Translations under genes and position numbers: made by a program
The notes under the pieces: model-generated
Told to the model about the DNA's origin: nothing
What the model saw: only the letters and a program-made list of their open reading frames with translations
The model's database searches: none
From: Octopus vulgaris
Lineage: Eukaryota
Length of the DNA stretch: 64,000 nt
Assembly: GCA_951406725.2 (NCBI GenBank)
Contig: OX597821.1
Coordinates: 66,960,001-67,024,000 of the forward strand
Direction of reading: 5' to 3'
Part shown: positions 1 to 12,104 of the stretch, one piece after another
How positions within the stretch are numbered: position 1 is the first letter of the stretch
Layout of the letters: each line of letters starts with the position of its first letter

Positions 1-133
1 TATATTTATATATAATACCGGCCCACCTTCCAACGAAGATGGTGAGGCCGCCGCCGCCGAAGTCCCGAAATGGCAATTTCCCTGGTGATGCTACTGCTCG
101 CCTCACAAATGCATACGTACATACATATATATA

Positions 134-297
134 CGACAGGCTTCTTTCAGTTTCCGTCTACCAAATCCACTCACAAGGCTTTAGTCGGCCCGCGGCTATA
201 ATAGAAGACGATTACCCAAGGTGCCACGCAGTGGGACTGAATCTGGAACCATGTGGTTGTGAAGCAGGCTTTTTACCACACGGTCATTCCTGCGCCT
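134..297 (-). mobile_element. tRNA-derived SINE family A, 5' half
   Basis: Minus strand reads GGCGCAGGAATGACCGTGTGGTAA...GATTCAGTCCCACTGCGTGGCACCTTGGGTAA, with A/B-box-like motifs. It matches the copies at 30619, 52280, 59105 and 63275. Confidence 0.85.
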
Positions 298-306
298 ATA
301 TACGCC

Positions 307-363
<57 letters not shown>

Positions 364-392
364 GGGGTAGAAAGACAGACAGACAGACAGAC

Positions 393-451
<59 letters not shown>

Positions 452-505
452 AAGTTAGATAGAGAGATAGCGGGGGAGAGGGACGAAGAGACAGAAAAAT
501 ATATA

Positions 506-568
<63 letters not shown>

Positions 569-1101
569 TTGCTCTGTGTGTGCGCGCGCCCGTGTGCATT
601 TGTCTGTGTGTGTATATAAATTTATTAGGTATCCACTTATTTATGAATTTATGTATTTCAGCTTATTACTTTGTCAGAGTAGAGATCGCCTTTGCTTTGT
701 ATATCATTTACATAAACTATATTGATCTAGCGCCGTTTGTATTCATTGAGCGAAGCTAATATTAAGTTTAGATGACACCTTAGATTTAGAAAGTTGGAAT
801 AAAATATAGTCTTATATATATAATGAGAATACATACATTCATATAAATATATATACATACATATAAATACATTTATATATATATATATATATATATATTT
901 ACATGTATCTATCTATCTATCTCTCTCTCTCTATATATATATATATAAATATATATAAGTATATATATATAAATATATACATGTATGTATGTATATATAT
1001 ATTTATTTATATAAATATATATACATATATATATATAAGTATATATATATATAAATATATACATGTATGTATGTATGTATATATATATTTATTTATATAA
1101 G

Positions 1102-1166
<65 letters not shown>

Positions 1167-1200
1167 ATATAAGTATATATATATATTTATATATAGGTAT
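298..1200. repeat. compound microsatellites (TA)n, (GATA)n, (GACA)n
   Basis: Directly visible; these produce the YIYI/LSIY pseudo-ORFs. Confidence 0.95.
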
Positions 1201-1751
1201 TTATATATGTATTGAATGTACCAATCTAACCATCTATCTATATCTACCTATCTATCCATTTATCTATCTCTCTATCTGTTTAATTTTACACACACACTTA
1301 TACACACACACGTATACACAAATATACATGCCTACATAGAATAGCAACTGCCTACACATTACATCGTGCTTAAGACGTATGTGCGTGTAAAGTGTACTTA
1401 GTTACGTAGGGAGACTCTTTGCAGTTAGGAAGATAAGTACGTAGATCGGTATGTAAAACTTTGATATAAACGGAATTGAATGCTGTGTAGGCTCATAAAC
1501 CGAGCCGTACAATCTAATGTTGCTGATATCATCAGATAGTTAGCATAGACTAGTTATGAACATAGCGCAGTTTGCATGGGTAGATGGCGGATACATAATT
1601 CAGATTACGTTTCGTTGGGGTGTTGAGTGCGTATGAATATAGTTACAAGAGTTTGGCAAAGCGTGAATTATGCACGTCCATTGTTAGAAATTTTGAAATT
1701 TGTCTAAATTTATATTTCTGTGTAAAATGTGTTTGCGTGTCAATGATATTT

Positions 1752-2424
1752 TCTAGTATAGGTACAAGGCCTGAAATTTGGGGCAGGGGGACTAGTCGAA
1801 TACTTCAGCCTCCAGTACTAAACTGATACTTATTTTATCGACCCCAAAAGGATGAAACACAAAGTCGACCTCGACGAAGTCTTTAAACTCCGAACATGAG
1901 GACGGATGAAATACCTATTTCTTTATTGCCCACAAGGAGCTAAACATAGAGGGGACAAACAAGGACAGACAAAGGGATGTGAGGAGAGAGAGGAGGAGAG
2001 AAGGAGACGCTTATTTCTTTACTGCCCACAAGAGGCTAAACACGGAGGAGACAGACAAGGACAGACAAACGGATTAAATCGATTATATCGACCCCAGTGT
2101 GTAACTGGTACTAATTTAATCGACCCCGAAAGGATGAAAGGCAAAGTTGACCTCGGCGGAATTTGAATTCAGAACGTAACGGCAGGCGATATATCTATTT
2201 CTTTACCACCCACAAGGGGCTATACGCAGAGAGGACAAACAAGGACAGACAAAGGGATTAAGTAGATTATATCGACCCCAGTGCGTAACTGGTACTTAAT
2301 TTATCGACCCCGAAGGGATGAAAGGCAATGTCGACCCCTGCGGAATTTGAACTAAGAACGTAACGGCAGATGAAAAACCGGAAAGCATTCCGTCCGGCGT
2401 GCTAACGTTTCTGCCAAGTCGCCG
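1752..2424 (-). mobile_element. SINE family B head-to-tail cluster (one full head plus 2 head-truncated bodies)
   Basis: Repeated body GAGTTCAAATTCCGCCGAGGTCGACTTTGCCTTTCATCCTTTCGGGGTCGATAAATTAAGTACCAG. tRNA-like head near 2424. Two different tail types. Confidence 0.85.
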
Positions 2425-2459
2425 TATATATCTATATATATATATATACATATACACAC

Positions 2460-2530
<71 letters not shown>

Positions 2531-2532
2531 CT

Positions 2533-2657
2533 GACATATGACCAACTATGAACTCCTTATTCGCATAATCACCGAACCTAGAACTTTAGTCTATCTATAG
2601 CACTTATTCAGCATAACCTGACACCTTTGGGTTTCAATGACACCATTACCTCTAATA
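2533..2657 (+). mobile_element. Penelope-like element ORF 3' end fragment
   Basis: Homologous to 28927-29052. Encodes a decayed IR..TE...ALIQH..TP.GFND string resembling the GIY-YIG C-terminal R..E..I..P.GLN motif. Confidence 0.5.
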
Positions 2658-3344
2658 ACACACACACATATATATATATATATATATGCATGCATACATA
2701 CACACACACAAGTATGTGTGTGTGTGCTTGGATGTGTGTATGTATAATGGCAAAGGTCCAAAATGTGTCGGACGGTGCCATGGAATTACTGTCAGTGAAG
2801 ATACCTGGTGTCCTGATGTCGTGATGTCCTAAATTCCTGCTGCTCAAATGTGGCAGCCTAGAATTATGACAGGTGTGTATATATACGTGTGAATACAGCA
2901 ACAGATTATTGAAAAAAATAAGTCAGACATTCTTTGATTTACAGTACTTATTTCTTCCGCAGTTGTATTTTGTAAGCAGGCACGATAATGAGTTTAACAA
3001 GAGGACAATGGATAATAATGACAAGTTATCGCTCGACAGTATTGCTTTTTGATAATATGGTGTCATATTTAATTTGTCCATTTCTATTGAGATGTAAATT
3101 TGTGTACCAAGACTTGGTTAGGTGTTGAATGGTATTTACCAATGTTTGTTGAAATCTGGCTATTATAATGCACAACTTTACGTTTGCCGATGTATGTATT
3201 TATATTTCTTATTCCTCACCTTCAAGGAAAGAGTCTATCTCTTAGTCAGGAGAGAGATATATTCATTGGAATTTAGAAGACATCGAAAGATGTAGTGATA
3301 TGTATGCATGCTTATTTATATATTAGCATGTATGTAAGCATACA

Positions 3345-3413
<69 letters not shown>

Positions 3414-3780
3414 TATGTATGTATTTAGGTTTGTAACAATATATATATTTAGAAGACATGAACAGGGAAACACAAAATAAACGTACAAGAAATAGGAGTC
3501 GCACGATGTAAAAGGTGTGTATGTCAGATAGAGAAAAGGGTTATATGTGTGGGCCTGTGGGCGTATGTATATATGTATTTATAAGTCTGCATATATATAC
3601 ATTTATATATGTCGGTGCATTACAATGATAAATATGAATGTCATTTTTTTTCGCGAATTTGTTTTTTGAAACATATATGTCAGTTGTAATTCCTCTCAAA
3701 ATTATTGCATTTACCTACAAGCACACATATTTCTGTGAATATGGGTATATATTTATATATATATATATATATATATATAC

Positions 3781-3836
<56 letters not shown>

Positions 3837-4467
3837 CATCACCAGAAATAATTTTGGTACCATAATTCATTTTTTAATTTGGTTAACGAAGCACATATAA
3901 AGCTATATAAATAAGAGCATGTAGATATTGGGTTGAAAACCCCCTTTGGATATAAGAAAACAAAGGCTGCCCGTAGGGCACGAACCCACAATCTCCTGCA
4001 GATATGAAATGCGTTCTTACATTGTCCCAGCGTGAAGTGTGTGCCCTTGACGTCATAAGAATGTATAATCTTTGGAGAGAATGTGGAATAATTCCTTTTG
4101 TGGAATTAGTTCTGAAGAGACATATAGAGTTATGAGTAAGAGAATATGAGTATTATATTGAACAGCAAAACACATAAGCTGGCCGTGATGCTCCAACCCG
4201 CATCTCCTGTAGACGTGCTGCTGCTAATCGAAATGTGATTTAGAAACTGTTTTAAAATGTTGCAGACTTGTCTGTTCGTCTCCCAATGATTCCAGATATT
4301 GCCTCAGATGGCGTTAGAGTTGCTGCGGTAGTAAAATATGTGCCACATTCTTCTTGATAATTCTTAGTTCTTAATATCTTTATTTTATCTTATTGTTTTT
4401 CCGTCTCTGACTTCGCTTTGGTATGCAAGCGAAAGTGATGCGAAGTGTAATATATTTCTAATGTTAA

Positions 4468-4685
4468 GGCGGCGATGTGGCAGAATCGTTAGCACGCAGG
4501 GCGAAATGCTTAGCGGCATTTCGTTTATCTTCACTTTCAGAGATGAAATTCTGTCAAGGTCCACTTTGCACTTCATCATTTCCTGGTCGATAAAGAAAGT
4601 ACCAGTTGAGCATTGAGGTTGATGTAATCGACATTACTCCCTCCAAAGAAATTTCTAGCTTTGTGACAAAATTTAAGATTAATAT
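4468..4685 (+). mobile_element. SINE family B (older tail type)
   Basis: Head GGCGGCGATGTGGCAGAATCGTTAGCACGCAGGGCGAAATGCTTAGCGGCATTTCG followed by a diverged body. Confidence 0.75.
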
Positions 4686-4723
4686 TTTTATTCAGTTCTA
4701 TATTTAAGAGATGAGGAATTATG

Positions 4724-4832
4724 TACATTATTTACATTATTTTCATTATTTTACATTCGACCGATACTTGTCCTCATTTTGTTTGTTGATGAAGGCAAAT
4801 ATACGTCGAATGTAAATAATGTAAATAATGTA
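4724..4832. repeat. fold-back inverted repeat (~45-bp arms, 11-nt loop)
   Basis: CATTATTTTACATTCGACCGATACTTGTCCTCAT pairs imperfectly with ATGAAGGCAAATATACGTCGAATGTAAATAATG. Confidence 0.75.
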
Positions 4833-4920
4833 ATATTTGTATTGTATTCTATCGTGTTTATTTCTCTGGGTTCGTGTGCAAGGTATAGTGAATCGAAATG
4901 CAGTATATATGTGATATTAA

Positions 4921-5135
4921 GGCAGCAAGCTGGCAGAATCGTTAGCACGCCGGGCGAGATGCTTAGCGGCATTACCTCCGTTCTCACGTTCAGAGATCAA
5001 ATTCTGCCGAGGCCCACCTTACCTTTCTTCCTTTCGAAGTCGATAAAATAAATACCAATTGAACGCTGGAGTCAATCCTCTTACCCACGCTCCTGAAAAT
5101 TGCAAGACTTGTGCCAAATTTGAAATCAGTATATT
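4921..5135 (+). mobile_element. SINE family B (older tail type)
   Basis: Head GCAAGCTGGCAGAATCGTTAGCACGCCGGGCGAGATGCTTAGCGG followed by the family body. Confidence 0.8.
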
Positions 5136-5598
5136 CCTGATGCTTGAACCCTTTGGTACATCGTACACCAATGTAAATTTTTAGTTTCCTTTGGCCAAAT
5201 TCGGGCTCTTGAGTACATTTGTGCCCGATATGTTCACGTATATACATAAAAACAAGCATACACATACACATATCGGTGTATGGGGCTTGTGCTCGTGTGC
5301 GTATAAGTAAGCTTGTTTACAATACGAATTTTATTATGATAATGTCGAATATTTACAAAACATTGGCGCCTTCATCTCAATCAATAGTGTATCTGAAGAA
5401 ATCACACTATTCCTCCTGTAGGCAAGTATGATTGTATGACTGTATGTAAGTATGTATGTATGTATGTATGTATGTATGTATGTATGTATGTATGTATGTA
5501 TGTATATATATATATATTGATAAAAATGGTAAGACAACCAAAGAAGGAAAGAGACCGCGATATTATATAAATAGAGGAATTTATCTGTAAATGTAATA

Positions 5599-5641
5599 TG
5601 TTACAATTATTCGGTATAAACGTTTTATACCGAATAATTGT

Positions 5642-5645
<4 letters not shown>
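5599..5645. repeat. short palindrome (~23-bp arms)
   Basis: TGTTACAATTATTCGGTATAAAC / GTTTTATACCGAATAATTGTCACA. Confidence 0.8.
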
Positions 5646-5719
<74 letters not shown>

Positions 5720-5825
5720 TAGTAAATGCCCCAGAAATGGAAGGACAAACACAAGAAGAGAAAACAAACGCGAGGACGTGGTGCATGCAAAGTATTAGGA
5801 AACGCTCAGGGAAGGAAATATATAT

Positions 5826-6678
5826 TGATTGATTGATTGATTGATTCTAGTTTCAGCTTATGAGCTGTGGCCATGCTGGGGCACCGCCATTTGGTGTTGC
5901 TACTTGGTTTCACTTCACGAAAGCTTTCTAGCAACTGCCATTTGGTGCATGAGAGAGTTCGATGCAGCTGCCCTCATCTGCCCCTCCTGCCGTGAAGTTG
6001 GTTCATCTGGGACACCTGACAGGAAGAGATCCAGCTTCATTTTAAAGACATCTGCATCCACCCCATGCAGGTCTCTCAGGTTCTTCGGGAGGATATTGAA
6101 GAGCTGTGGGCCTCGGAAGCCCAGGCTATCACAGAATCTTGTCCTACATCTTGATGGCAAGTTTGGAGTCCTAGGCACCACGCAGTGGCGCCCAGTTCTG
6201 GCATTTGCGTAACTCTCGATGCCAAAGTTCAGGACACTTCCCTCCAGGATCTTCCAGATGTATATTATGGCATATCTTTCCCGCCTACGCTCCAGCGAAT
6301 ATAGTTTTAATCTCTTGAGTCTTTCCCAGTAGCTTACATTCTGCATAGAGGCTATCTTCTTCGTGTAGCTACGTTGGATCGCCTCGAGCTCTGTGATCAA
6401 CTTGACACTGGATGGTGACCATAACTGAGAGCAGTAGTCAAAGTGGCTTAGGACAAGTGTCCTCCAGAGGACCATCATGGTTTCTTGTTCTCTTGTTCTA
6501 AAGGTTCTGAGGATCCATCCGGCCAGTCGTCTACATTTCATTGCCAATTTAGCAACATGTACACGAAAGGTCGCGTCATCACTCATGTAAATACCTAGGT
6601 CACGCACTGATTGTGCCTCTGGGATTGCTATTCCTCCGGGTCCAGTGTATTCATTGGGTATTGCATTTAGTTTTATAA
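5826..6678 (-). mobile_element. 5'-truncated CR1-group (CR1/L2/Daphne-like) LINE: ORF2 RT thumb and C-terminus, 3'UTR, (TCAA)n tail
   Basis: Open frame VRDLGIYMSDD..F..HV...WILRTF...LVLSHFDYCSQLWSP...LEAIQR..TK.I....Y.ERLK.LKLYSLERRRER, stop at 5915, then a tetranucleotide tail. The listed ORF N-terminus is only microsatellite. Confidence 0.9.
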
Positions 6679-6692
6679 TGTGTGTGTGTATG

Positions 6693-6769
<77 letters not shown>

Positions 6770-7021
6770 ATACATATACACACACATACATATATACTAC
6801 GTATCTATTTAAAGTAACGCATATATTATGAGTGTGTGTTTATTTTAAGATTTCTAGCCAAAATAAAATGAACTGGTTTCTAACCTAGATCCAAGGCGCC
6901 TTCATTGGAATTTCAATATCAACAGGATATCCTTATGTATACAAATTTTTATGTTTTGTTTTATGTATGTGTTTTCAAGCATATTGTTTCATATCTAGAC
7001 ATGCTCATAGTACTATGTACG

Positions 7022-7125
<104 letters not shown>

Positions 7126-8204
7126 TGTGTGTGTGTATGTATGTATGTATGTATGTATGTATGTATGTATGTATGTATGTATGTATGTATGTATGTATGT
7201 ATGCATGTATGGATGTTTGTATGCATTTCTGCATGTTTGTATGTATGTATATATTTATGTATATTTTAATTTAAATTGTTTCAAACGCTGGTACAAGGTC
7301 TGATATACGGTTGGAGGGATTACTTGATTGTAATAATCCCACTACTTAACGGGTGCGTTGTTCTATCGATCCAGAGACGAAGTAAACGACGTCGGCGAGA
7401 TTAGAACCCAGAAAGCAAAAAGCCAGAAGAAATTCCTGATTGAAGTTCTAGAATAAAATTCTAAAAATCGATTTAAAATTTTGTTTCTTACACACAAACT
7501 TCAAAACAACTAAAAAAGAGATATCATTTATATGACACAGTCGTAACATGTTTCCTGTCTTGTAAGTGTATCGGCAAATAATAAAATTTATTTTGTTAAT
7601 TCAGTTGTACATCCTATGTCTTACAAGAGGATCTCTTGCTTCGTTAACGGAAAGAATTTAATTGAATCAAATAGAAAATATTATTTACTTTTCTCATATC
7701 ACAGCAATCACTAAAGGCTGTAGAATTTTTTCTAACATTGAGAAGTTTAGCATCAGAACGAAACATAAATAAAAGGTAAAAATGACGTGATGCTAATGAA
7801 AATCAAATTTGTGCTCTTTTTTGCAGTGTGTGCCGTAGAGAAAATTAGTTCCTTGTATATATATATGTATATATATATAAGGCAGACTTGTTTGCGTAAG
7901 TATCGGAACTCTGTATTGGAGCTCCGTATAAACACACACAAACACACACTCACACTTAGACATGCGCGTATACATACATACATTATACGTATTCATACGT
8001 GTGTGTATATATATAAAGAAACTTAAAGAATTTTAATTATCAACACCTCCTAATTAGAACCACAATTTTTCTTTTGTGTATTGCGTTTACACAAAAGCAA
8101 CAATGCAACAAAACTGAAAAACACGTTTTACATCAATAACATAAAGATATATAATTGTAGTCAAACCGAAGTACTTAAAACTAAAAACACAAGGTACATA
8201 TTGC

Positions 8205-8412
8205 TTTGAACTTTTGGCACAAGGCCAGAATTTAGGGTTGAGGGTAGATCAATTATATCAATCCCAGTCCTCAACAGGTTCTTATTTTATTGACCCAGAA
8301 ATGATGAAAGGCAAGGTTAACTCTGGTGGAATTTGAACTCAAGGTGTAAAGACAGAGGAGATAGTGTTATATATATATTGCCCGTCGCGCTAACGTTTCT
8401 GCCAGATCGCTA
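8205..8412 (-). mobile_element. SINE family B, diverged
   Basis: Matches the family B body and head (GCTAACGTTTCTGCCAG on plus). Confidence 0.7.
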
Positions 8413-8454
8413 CTTTCCACATCCTACGTATTGAAGAAAATATAATGAAAAAAT

Positions 8455-8727
8455 GTCGCCCTTTTCAAGCCTATCCAGGCTCATGAGCCCAGTTTACCGG
8501 TTTCTATGACGTATGTGTTCCCCTCAGCTGCACGGGACGCCAGTCCATCGCAGCGTTACTCAAGAAACAGCAAGAGAGAGTGAGAGAAAGTTGTGGTGAA
8601 AGAGTACAACAGGGGTCGTCACCCCCACCCTGCCGGAGCTTCGTGGAGCTTTTAGATCTGGGAATCGAAACCGGGATCCTCTGACCGCGAGTCTGCTGCC
8701 CTAACCACTGGGCCACTGCGCCTCCGA
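8455..8727 (-). mobile_element. SINE family C (tRNA head, V-SINE-like central motif)
   Basis: Minus strand GGAGGCGCAGTGGCCCAGTGGTTAGGGCAGCAGACTCGCGG...GGTTTCGATTCC and CTGCGATGGACTGGCGTCCCGT. Homologous to 29418. The V-domain resemblance is from memory. Confidence 0.8.
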
Positions 8728-9312
8728 AGAAAATATACAACATAGAATATATTTCCTCGGTGACATTCAAGCTTCTAGCATCCATACATTCATAAAATAT
8801 ATGAATAAGGTATGACTCTTGGATATTTTTCGAGTGAAATGCACACATTGGTGTATAAGCCAATGCCGTACGGAAACATACGAATTATGAAGGTCGCAAA
8901 TATCTTCGATTTGATTTGTAATGGACATCCAAGTGTAATTAAAATTAATGTTGCAAGTCGGAATTCAATGGTACGAAACCTAAGATGCAGGGTAAAGCCA
9001 TAACAATCTTCTGCACCTTTTGCATACGTCTAAATATCTCATTTGCCGCAATCAACGTATGAGAGCAGCTGTGCTAATGACTCCTGCTGCAACAGAAACA
9101 TGGTCCGAAGCCGTTTTTTCCGTGATGGTACATGAATTCTGGAGGATTTTTAATCCTTGAAATTATATCTCCGTCTCATTTGGAATTGGTCGCCAGGCAT
9201 TTCTTTACTCTTTTTCGGAGGTGCAAATGATAGCAAGAAACTACTCGTCTTTTTGAAATGTATATGTGTGTATTTGGGTGTATGTGCGTGTTTGTGTACG
9301 TGTTTCTATGTG

Positions 9313-9370
<58 letters not shown>

Positions 9371-10244
9371 TAAGAGGGATCAAGCTGAGCTGGTATAGAG
9401 GCAATTATGCGAATAGACAAATTAAGCACATTAAATATATTAGTTATACTAGTTTGGGTACATGCAAAACGAAGAATCTCTGAATCTCATCTGCATACTA
9501 TATACATATGCATATGCGTGTTGTGTGTGTGTGCGTGTGTGTGTGTGTGCGCGCGTGTGTGCATATATTTATATATATATATATATATATAACCTGATAT
9601 ATGCCTAAAATAAGGTGACCCTAACACGTATCCCTAGTTCCATTCTTAACTGTGATGTTGGAACCTAACGGTTGACCAACTATAGCACTTAACTAACGTA
9701 CCTATTCGTTTAGATCATAACTGAACCGACGGCCAAGCCTGATCTTTCTTTCTTGGTCTGGTCGTTGTCCGTGCAACTTCGATATTCCTCCTTGTGCAAT
9801 CTTGTAACCCTACCGTAAGGCTTTATTACCACACCAGCTTAATTTAATTCGTCCTTACTCGGAAAACACTTGTTGTTATGTCCTATTGTTATTTTTATTG
9901 TTTATGTGTAACACTGTCCGTTTTTTGCTGTCCTTGTTTTTGTATACATTCACTGTTTACTTCTAAGAAATTTAATGTGATGGTGCCACATGGAAGGGCA
10001 CATGCGCTGGTTCTACATATGAAACACCTGTGCGGGTGCTACACATAATGCTCTTAGCTTAGTTTTTCCTTGAGGCTGGCCAGATTGGCGCAATCTCGAG
10101 TATAATCAGCCGAAATTGCGATGATAATTTGGTACTCGACTGAGGAAAGAAAACTTTAAATGGTTTCTTTGTATCGTCTATCTGGATGTCTCATTTTTGT
10201 ACCACCTAGCTGTCCGGATGTTTTGCGTTCTTGTCCCATTTTGC

Positions 10245-10280
<36 letters not shown>

Positions 10281-10286
10281 CATACA

Positions 10287-10363
<77 letters not shown>

Positions 10364-11784
10364 TATATATATAACCAGAGGCGTAAAGACAAATAAGAGG
10401 TGGGTAAAGCATTCATTGTAATAATACAGAACGTTATAAATTATTTTAGTTGCAGTTTTACTGATTAACATGCAATGCAGGAAATGAAAAACAACAAAAA
10501 GACTTAAATAAGCATGTCAATAAAAATTAATTAATGCCGAGTCTGTTTTGTTGTGTCCTTTGTTGCCTTTTTCATATGGGGTAACTTAATTTTTTAATTG
10601 AGGTTAGCCAAAGAAATATTTTTCTTAATTTTCAGAACTCCAACAAAATGGTGATTTGGTAGAGATGTGTGAGCGTTACATAATATACCTTCCGGTGTGT
10701 TTTTCGCTTTGAGTTCAAATCCTGCTCTTTTCAGCTTTACCTTTGATACTTTTCGAATCTAGTAACATGTACCAAACAGATCGTTAGAGTTTTAAATAAA
10801 TTGTTGCATCGCATTTGCTCCTGTCTGTTGCACATTGGCCACAAAGTATTGGGCAGCAACTGTGACACTTTAGATTCATATTAAAGTGATGAGGTTTCCG
10901 TTGGAGAAATCGTTGGCGTGAAGAGGAGATTTTCTAAGCATGCATAAATTCAGTTTTCCACAAAATGCCTTATCAAGACCTACGTATTCCAATGCGATAC
11001 ATACTCAACTGTGAGCAATGAAGTTATCCTACTTAATCTACAAACAGAAATCAATTCCGAACGTTTGCACAAATCTTATAAAATCCTGTGTAAATTTTTC
11101 TGAGGTGTTAGTCACAGCCATCATTACTCTATATTTAAATGAGTTTTGATATGTCGCAATACATACAAACCAACGTTATATTCCTCGCAGAGTTATTTTT
11201 TAAAAAACCTTATGAATTTTGTCAAGCTCCTATACAAATAACTTTCCGGGCAATAAATTTTGTAAATGCAGATTAAATCATGCTCCGAATTTATTTACTG
11301 TGAACCCAATATAATCTTCGGATATTGAATTTTCAGTTGAAAATCCTTTTGATATGTATAGTATCGATTTCATACGACAAATTATTCCATGGAGAATTAT
11401 TTCATGAAAATCCTTTTCCTATGTACATTATCATTTTCACACAACAAATTTATTTATGGAATATATAAGGGATTAAATCTCTTTCATGAACTCGAGCATT
11501 AGATATAGAATATTATGTAATCTTTTTCTATGGTGAATGTTGTTATTTTAGCTGAAATTTTACGCGTACTGCAGCAGCTATATTTAACATTATTTCCATT
11601 TAAAAAGTTGTAATACATATTGTTCTTCACAAAATCTTTTGTTGGCAAATGGAATATTTTCATAGCATTACGTTCACTTACATTGTGAGTTAATGACGTT
11701 GGGAAAAATTATAACTACTTCTGATCCCGTTGTAAGTTATTTATTTATTGATTCATTCATTCATTTTTGTTGCTGAATATATCG

Positions 11785-11988
11785 ACATCTCTTGGCCACG
11801 TGAGAGCAATTTTCTAACGGCTGACAAAGGAGGCAATCTCCCGCCCTCCGGCAAACGACAGTGAGTCATATCAGCGCTGAATTCAGTGATTAGCCTTCAT
11901 CAGTGACCCATCATTCTGTCACCGGAGAGAAGGAGTTTGTCTCCCTTGTCAGTAGCTAGAAAAGTGCTTTTACGTGATTAAGAGTTGT
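11785..11988 (-). repeat. ~200-bp imperfect hairpin with hammerhead-like core at apex
   Basis: Imperfect arms of about 75 bp. Apex on minus: GGGTCA CTGATGA AGGCTAATCACT GAAT TCAGCGCTGA TA TGACTC. Confidence 0.7.
11863..11909 (-). ncRNA. minimal type I hammerhead ribozyme-like motif (A15.1>U variant)
   Basis: 6-bp stem I, intact CUGAUGA, GAA(U), palindromic stem III UCAGCGCUGA, cleavage triplet AUA. Stem II is weak. Confidence 0.55.
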
Positions 11989-12104
11989 TTTGACTCTTAT
12001 TTCTAGCAACGCTGGTGCTCAGTAGCATCCTCCGTCACTTTAGCGACGACTGTACTTGTTGCCTTTCGGTTGGTAATTGCGAAAAGCCACCTTCATAATT
12101 TTTA

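Noticed and set aside
18-110. GC-rich piece with CCAACGA...GAAATGGCAAT, hammerhead-like
   Set aside because: The core is too degenerate and no stem I pairing was found.
196-1100. Many ORFs rich in YI/CV/HT/LSIY, here and throughout the window
   Set aside because: They are translations of di- and tetranucleotide microsatellites, not genes.
10060-10250. Possible Penelope pseudo-LTR with GGCTGG..CAGCC-GAAATTGCGAT and CTGAGGA motifs
   Set aside because: I could not assemble a consistent three-stem hammerhead; it is probably a repeat remnant but cannot be assigned.
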